64,000 bases of DNA from Eledone cirrhosa (taxonomy: Eukaryota). The position numbers and the translations under genes were made by a program. The stretch is taken from the NCBI GenBank assembly GCA_964016885.1, contig OZ024747.1, forward strand, positions 4,526,001-4,590,000, written 5' to 3'. Shown here in pieces: positions 55,171-64,000 of the stretch; the stretch's first letter is position 1; every line of letters begins with the position of its first letter. The notes under the pieces were generated by a model. That model did no database searches, was not told where the DNA came from, and saw only the letters and a program-made list of their open reading frames with translations.

Positions 55171-56771
55171 TACTGTACATATATACTTTCGTTTTATTCC
55201 TTGTATATGATGATGGTGATGATGATGGTGATGATGGTGATGGTGATGGTGATGGTGGTGGTGATGGGGAGGTGACGATGATGATGGTGGTGATGATGAT
55301 AGTGGTGGTGGGGAGGTGATGATGATGATGGTGATGGTGGTGATGGTGACGATGATGATAGTGGTGGTGGGGAGGTGGTGATGATGAGGGTGGTGGTGAT
55401 AGTGGTGGTGGTGGTGAGGTGGTGGTGATGATGATGGTGGTGATGATGGTGATGGTGGTGGCGGTGGTGAGCTGACGTTGGTGGTGGTGGTGATGATGAT
55501 AAGCGTGGTAGTGCTTGTTATCATGGTGGTTGTGCTGATGATGTTGATATTGGCAGTAGTGTATGATAGTGGTGGTGGTGGTGGTGGTGGTGGTGGTGGT
55601 GGTGGTGGTGGTGGTGGTGGTGATGATGGTGTTGATGGTAATGATGATGATAATGAGTTGATAGTGCTGGTTGTAGTTGTAATGATGATTGTGATGGTTG
55701 TTGTGGTGGTAGTGGTGGTGATGATGATGATGATGATGCATGTGATGTTGCTGTTGGTGAGGGTGGTATTAGTGGTGGTGACAGCAATAGGGTTGGTGAT
55801 GATTGTGATGATAATTATGATGATGATATTGGTGGTGGTGGTGGTGGTGGTGGTGGTGGTGGTGGTGGTGGTGTTGATAGTGATAATAAATGTGGTTGTG
55901 ATGATGATATTGGTGGTGGTGGTGGTGGTGGTGTTGTTGGTAGTGATAATAAATGTGGTTGAGATGGTGGTTGTGGTGGTAATGATAGTGATAATGATGA
56001 TAACAATGATGATGATGATGATGATGGTCATGGCAATGGCTGTTGTTGTTTAACCCCAGGTCGGTGCTGATCAAGCACACCTATTATCAAAAGTATGTCA
56101 GCTACCGATATCTTGATGTGGCCAAGTGAAGTGTTGCTTGATGGTGATTAGGCTGTTATTTCTAGCAAGTTGAGTGACCATGGAGATGCTTCCTTGTTAA
56201 CTTGGCATGGCAGAGAGGTATGGTAGAGGGGTGGCATGTGTTATGAAAGTTTGGGAGTGGAATGGGGGTGGCAGAGATGCAGTATAAGAGTTGATTGTGG
56301 TATCTATGATGGTGATAATGATGGTGATGATGGTGATGGTGGTGATGGTGATGATGATGGTGATGATGATGATGATGATGGTGATGGTGATGATGATGAT
56401 CGTGATGATGATGATGATGGTGGTGATGGTGATGATGATGATGATGATCGTGATGATGATGATCGTGATGATGATGATGATGGTGGTGATGATGATGATG
56501 ATGGTGATGATGGTGATGATGATGATGGTGATGACGATGGTGATGATGGTGATGGTGATGGTGATGATGGTGATGATGATGATGATGGTGATGATGGTGA
56601 TGATGATGATGATGGTGATGGTGGTGATGGTGGTGATGGTGGTGATGGTGATGATGATGATGATGGTGATGATGGTGATGATGATGATGATGGTGATGGT
56701 GGTGATGGTGGTGATGGTGATAATACCCACTCTACGTCATAACAACAACAATAATAGTAATAATAATAATA

Positions 56772-56898
56772 ATGGTTTCTGATTTAGGCACAAGGCCAGC
56801 AATATTTTGGGGGGAGGGGAAAGTCAATTAAATCGACCCCAGTGCATTACTGGTGTTTTATTTTATCGACCCTGTAAGGATGAAAGGCAAAGCTAACC
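56772..56898 (-). mobile_element. SINE family A, 3' part
   Basis: Core ttttatcgaccctgtaaggatgaaaggcaaag. Confidence 0.75.
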
Positions 56899-57534
56899 TA
56901 AATAGAGGTGTTTTTCAGGGTGACCCTTCTGTCCCCTCCTATTAGCCTTTCACCACTGTCAATAGTTCCGAGGAAGGTGGAGATGGGGTGGGAGGTGGAG
57001 TAGAAGGGGTGGAGGAGAAGGGGTGGAGAAGGGATGGGAGGTTGATGAGATGTTGCATACAGAAATGAAAAGCAATATACAAAAGAAAAAAGAAAAAGAT
57101 AAAAAAAGAGAAGCAGAAGTTGGAAAGTCATAGTCTGGTCCTCATTTGAATAATATGGTGGCAATAGTGATGGTGATGATGATGATGGTGATGATGGTGA
57201 TGATGATGATGGTGATGATGGTGATGGTGATGATGGTGATGGTGGTGGTGATGATAGTGATGATGTTGGTCATGGTTAAACATTGAAAAGTGTTGGGTTT
57301 GATTTCCTCTCAATCATCTAAAAAGGAAGAAGGGCTGATCTCAGCCCTTTGTCGCTCAATAAACGGATATATTTTTCTTTTGGAGGGATTTTAAAACTTT
57401 TATCAGAAAAATCTAAATTTTCAGTTACATAAAAATAATAAAGAATTTAATATTTAGTGAAAGATAAATAAAATGAAAGTAGCATTGTAAAAGACTATAA
57501 ATGAGAGGAAATGGAGGGAAAGGGTGAGGATTAT

Positions 57535-57722
57535 GGATTGGCAGTATTAGTAGGGGGTCGGACGCCATGTTTTGCAGCATAGAGTTACGCCTCTTTACAG
57601 TCTGAGTTCAAATCCCGCCAAGGTTAACTTTGGCTTTCATCCTTACGGGGTCGATAAAATAAAGTACCAGTAATGCACTGGGATAATTGCTGGCCTTGTG
57701 CCATAAGTAGAAATAATTATTA
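57535..57722 (+). mobile_element. SINE family A, full length
   Basis: Matches 162-346. Confidence 0.88.
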
Positions 57723-57759
57723 AGAAAAAGAATCAAAGAGGGAAGGGGTATAATGTCTT

Positions 57760-58315
57760 AGTGAAATTGTCGTTTGTATGGAATTAATACAGAAAGTGTC
57801 ATCCACATCGTTAGGGTATTCAAAATGTTAGCTGAAAAGGAGTATAAAAGAAGGCATGGCAAGGTCAGTTTGCACCTTCACTGGTCAATGTGCCGAGAAT
57901 ATGGACATCTGGCATCATAATGTTCCAGAGAGTGCCCTTGATAACAGAGACATACATAAGATATTTTGGGTGTTCCCTATCTAAACAGACTACAGGCTTC
58001 AACACAACACACCTGATATTGGAATTATGCACAAAAAATCAGCATGGATACCAGATTGTTGATGTTAACATCCAAAGAGACCAAATCATAGCCTTGAACA
58101 AATTTGAAAAAATAATAAAATATACTAGCTTGAAGATGAAAATTGCATGAATGTAGACAGCATTAAGATAATTCTAGTTATTATAGATGTGGGCTTGATA
58201 TTAGTAAAACTGAGAGGGGGACTTGAGAAAATAGATCTGAAATCACAAATTACTCTCCTACAAAAGATTATCCATTTGGGCACTGCACATATATGCAGGA
58301 AAGTACTGACTGTTT
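57760..58315 (+). pseudogene. Decayed R4/Dong-like non-LTR retrotransposon C-terminus (zinc knuckle remnant + restriction-like endonuclease)
   Basis: Manual translation CRLYG..ESVIHIV...LAEKEYKRRH.KV..HLHWSMC...TD..LQHNTPDI...IVDVNI..D......EKIIKY..L...LLQK..HLGTAHICRKVL, with stops and frameshifts. Confidence 0.75.
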
Positions 58316-58377
58316 AAGGTCCTCAACAGACACTGGAAGACCCAGTAATCATCAGATTTAATGTGAAAACTAACATC

Positions 58378-58560
58378 CTCATCATCATTTAACATCCATT
58401 TTCCACGCTAGCATGGGTTAGATGGGTTGTGAGACAAGCCAGATCTGATGATTATGACTTGCTCATACAGGAGTGGTTTTGGCTTGGTTTCTATGGCTGG
58501 ATGCCCTTCCTAACACCAACCACATTTACAGTGTTGACTGGGCACTTTTATCATGTCATC
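58378..58560 (-). mobile_element. RTE 3' UTR fragment
   Basis: ggatgcccttcctaacaccaaccacatttaca motif and (CAT)n tail. Confidence 0.8.
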
Positions 58561-58785
58561 AGTAATAATAACAATGGTTTCTAGTCTCGGCACAAGGTCA
58601 CAGAAGTGACAGGAAGAATGAAATAAAGAAAGCCAATGTACAAGACAAGTTTACACACACAGATCTTCACCCTCATCATCTCTCAAACCAGCAATATATA
58701 TATATAGAGAGAGGGGGAGAGAGGTAGAACACTGGAAGGTAATATCTGTAGTGGTAGAGCACTCAGTCCATGGGACGAGTTTGGT

Positions 58786-58857
58786 AGAAGTAGTAACACA
58801 ACAGTTAGTTCACCATACTGAGAACCTGGTATGGTGAACTAACTGTTGTGTTACTAC

Positions 58858-58861
<4 letters not shown>
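58786..58861. repeat. Perfect 33-bp-arm hairpin with 10-nt loop abutting (TA)n
   Basis: agaagtagtaacacaacagttagttcaccatac tgagaacctg gtatggtgaactaactgttgtgttactacttct. Confidence 0.9.
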
Positions 58862-58900
<39 letters not shown>

Positions 58901-59170
58901 AAGATCAGAATTAAGAGTATTCCGCAGTTCACAGTAATAATAATATAATAATATAATAATATAATAATAATATATATATGTATATATATACACAGATATA
59001 TAGACAAGATGCATCCTAGCCTTGAAATACTCTATATAACACATCAGATACTTGGTTTTGTTTAAGCTTTTTATATTGTTGTTGTTATTTCTTTATTTAC
59101 ATAAAAAAACATACATAATATATATATATATATATATATATAGATATATATTTAAGTTTTAATATAGATG

Positions 59171-59220
59171 AGATTCTACAGGACTAGAACTCTTTCATTC
59201 TTTAGAAATCATCAGGAATC
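59171..59220 (-). ncRNA. Mirror-copy hammerhead with a C15.2>G mismatch
   Basis: Reverse complement gattc ctgatga tttctaaagaat gaaaG agttctagtcct gta gaatct. Confidence 0.65.
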
Positions 59221-59245
59221 ATCAGAGACCATCAGAGATCATCAA

Positions 59246-59296
59246 AGATTCCTGATGATTTCTAAAGAATGAAACAGTTCTAGTCCTGTAGAATCT
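59246..59296 (+). ncRNA. Type I hammerhead ribozyme
   Basis: Stem I AGATTC/GAATCT, CTGATGA (59252-58), stem II ttc-taaa-gaa, GAAA-CAG-ttctagtc-CTG-TA, cleavage triplet GUA. Confidence 0.85.
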
Positions 59297-59310
59297 CATC
59301 TATATTAAAA

Positions 59311-59360
<50 letters not shown>

Positions 59361-60243
59361 GTATGTTTTTTTTATGTAAATAAAGAAATAACAACGACAA
59401 TATAAAAAGCTTAAACAAAACGAAGTATCTGATGTGTTATATAGAGTATTTCAGGGCTAGGATGCATCTTGTCTATATATCTATATGTTGCTTTTTGTTT
59501 TAATCATTTAAAGAAAAATGGCCATGTTCATGACCATTTGCTGGGCTTTGGGGTTGGTAGAAGGGAAGAAGGGAGGAGGGAGTCCTTAAATCCAGCATTT
59601 GGCTTGAATGTTGGCAACAGAATGGACTCTCCTAAATCAGAACCAGACTTTCACCTGCTAAGTCCCTAATCTATATGAAAAAAAAAGATTTTAAATAATT
59701 ATACATGAATGTTAATGGTAAGGACTAAATAATATATATATATCCTTGCTATCAGGGAAAGTGGATGTTAAAATGACAATAATGATGATGCTGATATATA
59801 TTTGTAGCCCCAGCCCCCAGGGCTTGGAGTATTGACTACTCATCCAAAATATTTACTTGTATTTGTGGCAGTATTCAGCTGGGGTGGGTTGAGCTGGCTC
59901 CATCAAAGGAATTCATGGTGTAAGTACATTTCAATGGAGTTTCTTTGGTGCCCAGCCACAAGTATATCCACCTTAGGATACTGTAATCCAAACATTGCAT
60001 TGGTTATAGCACTGAGCACTTGCTTTCATAACCTATTTGAGCCATTTTGTAGGCCAGAAGGAGCTCACCCCACTACCCAGCTCAGGAATGCCAACCCTCG
60101 GCATTTAACTGAAACAAAATACAATTTCTGCAAATGGTTTTCAAGGAATTATTTTGATATATTGAATTTATTTTCTATCTTGAACAAAAGAATATAACTA
60201 CAGTTTAGTTCTTCCCATCCCACCCTCATTTGTTTCATCATAA

Positions 60244-60632
60244 CTTTCTTAATAATGCATATTCTTTAATAATTTTTCAAAGGTGTAGATCACGATTAAG
60301 CTTATGAAATTTCTAAAAGAATATTTTATTTTCACGAGTTTTATTATTGCATATTTCCTTTCATTAATTTTTTCATTATAGAATACTTTTGATCTGTATT
60401 TGTAATTAAGCTAAATCTAAATGCAGAAACTTTTTTTTTTATCATGCCTAACAATTTCATGTTTATGAGGAAAAATATCCATCTTTGTAATGTTGTAGAG
60501 TGTCTACAGGAAGGTAATGTCATTTCGACAACTATTGCATAGAAAATGAAGAAAAAAAAATTGTTTTGTCAACGTAATCATAATCTACACCTTTGAAAAA
60601 GAATTTCTGCAAAATATGCATTATTAAGAAAG
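60244..60632. mobile_element. AT-rich MITE-like element with about 55-bp imperfect TIRs
   Basis: ctttcttaataatgcatatt...tttttcaaaggtgtagat mirrors atctacacctttgaaaaa...aatatgcattattaagaaag. Confidence 0.65.
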
Positions 60633-60699
60633 AGTCTTTGGAGTACTGTAACTTGATAGAGTGTGTACTTCAGAGATCAGAGTTTTCCAGGTAGAGCCA

Positions 60700-60975
60700 T
60701 TAGAGCACTTCTCTTAATTGAGGGACCACAGCTCTAACACTATGGACATGTGGTTAGAATGTCTCAAGAAAGAATCGGCCAGATTTTACTGGCAAAAACC
60801 AACTGGCAGGAGATGCAGAGGTAGACCCCGAGCAAGATGGTTGGATAATATTCATGAACTCAGCTAGTCTCACTTGGAGGTCCAGCTGGATGAAATGGAG
60901 ATGGTTGTTTCTGACAGGATCCGCTGGGAGGCTTGCTTGAGAAGTCTGCCCCACAACCTTCTCAGGAATAAGTAG
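60700..60975 (+). pseudogene. Rex3/Expander-like RTE 3' coding fragment
   Basis: Translation QL*HYGHVVRMSQER...GRRCRGRPRARWLDNI...LDEMEMVVSDRIRWEACLRSLP. Confidence 0.7.
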
Positions 60976-61679
60976 GTGAAGAATAAGATAGTTGTGAAGA
61001 AACAAAGAGGGTGAAGGACACTAAACTGTAGTTATGCTAACTATAGTTTATTTACACTTTAAACAAATATGGTGAGCTATAGGTGTAATTATTTAATGTG
61101 CTGTGGACTATTAGAAAAGAATCAAGGTTTTTTATATGTATTTCTATAGTAAAATCATTCAAAATTCTTTCTTATAGTAAAATCAGCAATGTATTTACAT
61201 GGAACTGACACTGCTCTGTACATTTAAAAGTAAAAGTACATCAATTTTTATGAGAAATAGATATTTAGTTCATTTAAAATATATACTCCAAGTGACAATG
61301 GTTGTATAGTGAATTCCTCTAGTATCTTGTCATATAATTCTTTTTGTAAATCTGTTTTTGTAATAGATAGACCTGAGACTTGTAGTACTTAGGTTGAACC
61401 TGAGTAGCCTGAGTGCTGGATTCACCACTGATATATATACATATATATATATGTATATATATATATTTCGTTTCTGAACTTGTTTAGCAAGATTCTTTAT
61501 CTGAAATCGTGTGTTGAAACCGATATTGTTATACTTGGGAGGGTCATCTTGCCAATAAGAAACACATGCACCAGTTGCTTTCACTTCAATTTATTATAAT
61601 AAATTTATAAATTTAGGAATTTATAAATTTATAAATTTCTGGTTGGTTGGTTCCACAACCAGATAGTTGTTTATATATT

Positions 61680-61722
61680 GTCAAAGTTCTTTCGTCACAC
61701 ATTCTGTGACCTCATCAGTGAT
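61680..61722 (-). ncRNA. Minimal hammerhead ribozyme (left arm)
   Basis: Reverse complement atca CTGATGA G GTCACA-gaatg-TGTGAC GAAAG-aa-CTT tgac; core intact, 3-bp stem I. Confidence 0.7.
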
Positions 61723-61839
61723 TGGGGATTCTTTTCTTTGTTTTTGTGCCTCTCCTTTGTTCTGTCCTACGCCACACAGAAACAAAATGGCATAGGACAG
61801 AACAAAGGAGAGTCACAAAAACAAAGAAAAGAGTCCCCA

Positions 61840-61882
61840 GTCACTGATGAGGTCACAGAATGTGTGACTAAAGAACTTTGAC
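61840..61882 (+). ncRNA. Minimal hammerhead (right arm) with G12>T
   Basis: GTCA CTGATGA G GTCACA..TGTGAC TAAAG aa CTT TGAC. Confidence 0.55.
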
Positions 61883-62036
61883 AATATATAAACAACTATC
61901 TGGTTGTGGAACCAACCAACCAACCAGAAATTTATAAATTTATAAATTCCTAAATTTATAAATTTATTATAATAAATTGAAGTGAAAGCAACTGGTGCAT
62001 GTGTTTCTTATTGGCAACATGACCCTCCCAAAGTAT

Positions 62037-62126
<90 letters not shown>

Positions 62127-62237
62127 GTGTATATATATATATATATGTATGTATATATATATATATATGTATATGAGAGAGAGAAAGAGTGAGAATGAGA
62201 GATGTATAAATATATATATATATACACATGTCTCATT

Positions 62238-62410
62238 CTCAGTCCACACTGTAAATGTGGTTGGTGTTAGGAAGGTCATCTAGCTGTAAAAGCCAAGCCA
62301 GAAACAGTTCTGTGTGAGCAGGATATGGTCACCTGATCTGACTTGTCTCACAACAGGACAACTCGTCTAACCCATGCTAGCATGAAAAAAAAATGGACGT
62401 TAAACAGTGA
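62238..62410 (+). mobile_element. RTE 3' UTR fragment
   Basis: cacactgtaaatgtggttggtgttaggaagg...cgtctaacccatgctagcatg...ggacgttaaac. Confidence 0.8.
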
Positions 62411-62634
62411 TTATTATGATAAAAAAAAAAGATGTTAAACTGATTATTATGATAATGATGATGATGATATCCATACAAAGTTATATATATATATTTTTGG
62501 TAATTTTTCTGTGGCATCTGTTGTTCTTACAAGACAATAATTTTACTTGCCTTTATTTTTCCAACTCAGAATCTCAATTCTGCTATATTGGCAGTATATG
62601 ATATTGTTAAGTTTCATCTGAAGATGTAATATTT

Positions 62635-62830
62635 ATCCCATTAGCATTTACATTATTCTATATATGGCTTTACCTCACATAATTATCTCATATAAATTGA
62701 ATCTATGAGATTTAGATATTATTTATTTTGAGAACAATACCTTAACATCAGTATGAGCGGCTGGTTACAGCCGGTTTGAACAGAAAGAGGTGAGAGAATT
62801 TCGGCCAGATATGGCTTGTTTAAAATGCTA
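62635..62830. mobile_element. Relative of the 33-602 MITE lacking the SINE insertion
   Basis: ttagcatttacatta...cataattatctca...tattatttattttgagaacaatac.ttaacatcagtatgag shared with 85-440. Confidence 0.65.
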
Positions 62831-63539
62831 ACACACATTAACTTACACACGACCACCTTTCTACTGACACAAACACACATTCACACTATTTAGAACACAT
62901 GTATATATCAACACACACAGTAGTACAAGAGTGTATACAAAAGTTTCATATACACACACACACTCACCCATTCAGAAAAAAAACACTCATTCACACATGT
63001 AAAATATACATATATATATATGTGTGTGTGTATGTGTGTATTGTGTGTGTGTACTAATGTGTGAGCATACATATATATATATATGTGTGTGTGTATTGTG
63101 TGTGTGTACTAATGTGTGAGTATACATATATATATATTCACCCAAGCAAGCACAACTCAAAATAAGAACACTTAAAACAATACAGAACCTCAAACATGCA
63201 CACTGACACATAGTGGTACACACACACACACACTGACACATAGTGGTACACACACACACACTGACACACAGTGGTACACACACACACACTGACACATAGT
63301 GGTACACACACACACACTGACACACAGTGGTGCACTCACACACACTGACACACAGTGGTACACACACACTGACACACAGTGGTGCACACACACACACTGA
63401 CACACAGTGGTGCACTCAACCACCCACTTATTTCTGGGTTATCTACTAAATATTTTTTGCTGTATTATTATTTCTCAAGCAGAAATTATTCCGTCAATGA
63501 CTTAAACAAAACTGCTTTTATAGACAAACAGTTCTTTAG

Positions 63540-64000
63540 ATTATTATTATTACCATTACTATTATTATTACCATTACTATTATTACCATTACTATTATTA
63601 CCATTACTATTATTATTACCATTACCATTATTATTACCATTACCAGTATTACCATTACTATTATTATTACCATTACCATTATTACCATTACTATTATTAT
63701 TACCATTACCAGTATTACCATTACTATTATTATTACCATTACTATTATTACCATTACTATTATTATTACCATTACTATTATTATTACCATTACTATTATT
63801 ATTACCATTACTATTATTACCATTACTATTATTATTACCATTACCAGTATTACCATTACTATTATTATTACCATTACTATTATTATTACCATTACTATTA
63901 TTATTACCATTACTATTATTACCATTACTATTATTATTACCATTACCAGTATTACCATTACTATTATTATTACCATTACTATTATTATTACCATTACTAT
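63540..64000. repeat. (ATT)n/ACC compound trinucleotide minisatellite
   Basis: Unit about accattactattattatt. Confidence 0.92.

Larger units (their letters stand above)
58994..59482. repeat. About 490-bp palindrome with an internal (TA)n in each arm and two divergently oriented hammerheads at its centre
   Basis: 58994-59220 mirrors 59247-59482. Confidence 0.93.
61523..62044. repeat. About 520-bp palindrome abutting (TA)n, one hammerhead per arm
   Basis: Arms of about 250 bp mirror around about 61781 with few mismatches. Confidence 0.95.

Overview
Eukaryotic, very microsatellite-rich DNA. The SINE/RTE repeat style suggests a cephalopod (Octopus-like) genome; this is inference. No host protein-coding gene is supportable, and almost all ORF-track entries are translated simple repeats. 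Supported content: (1) one apparently intact RTE-clade LINE (about 8750-12349; 1039-aa APE + RT ORF with a C4HC3 PHD-like insert) plus many 5'-truncated relatives; (2) decayed R4/Dong-like, CR1/L2-like and Rex3-like LINE fragments; (3) two tRNA-derived SINE families, one sharing its tail with the RTE; (4) MITE-like foldbacks; (5) minisatellites and a satellite amplified from SINE/LINE sub-modules. The most striking hidden signal is a set of short, mostly mutually unrelated inserts in (TA)n tracts. Many are long head-to-head palindromes, and several carry type I hammerhead ribozyme motifs (well formed at 31529, 31820, 49920 and 59246; near-intact at 61680/61840; others degenerate, including U3-A8 core variants). 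This fits non-autonomous, microsatellite-targeting Penelope-like (pLTR/retrozyme-type) retroelements. Coordinates were read by eye and may be off by a few bases.
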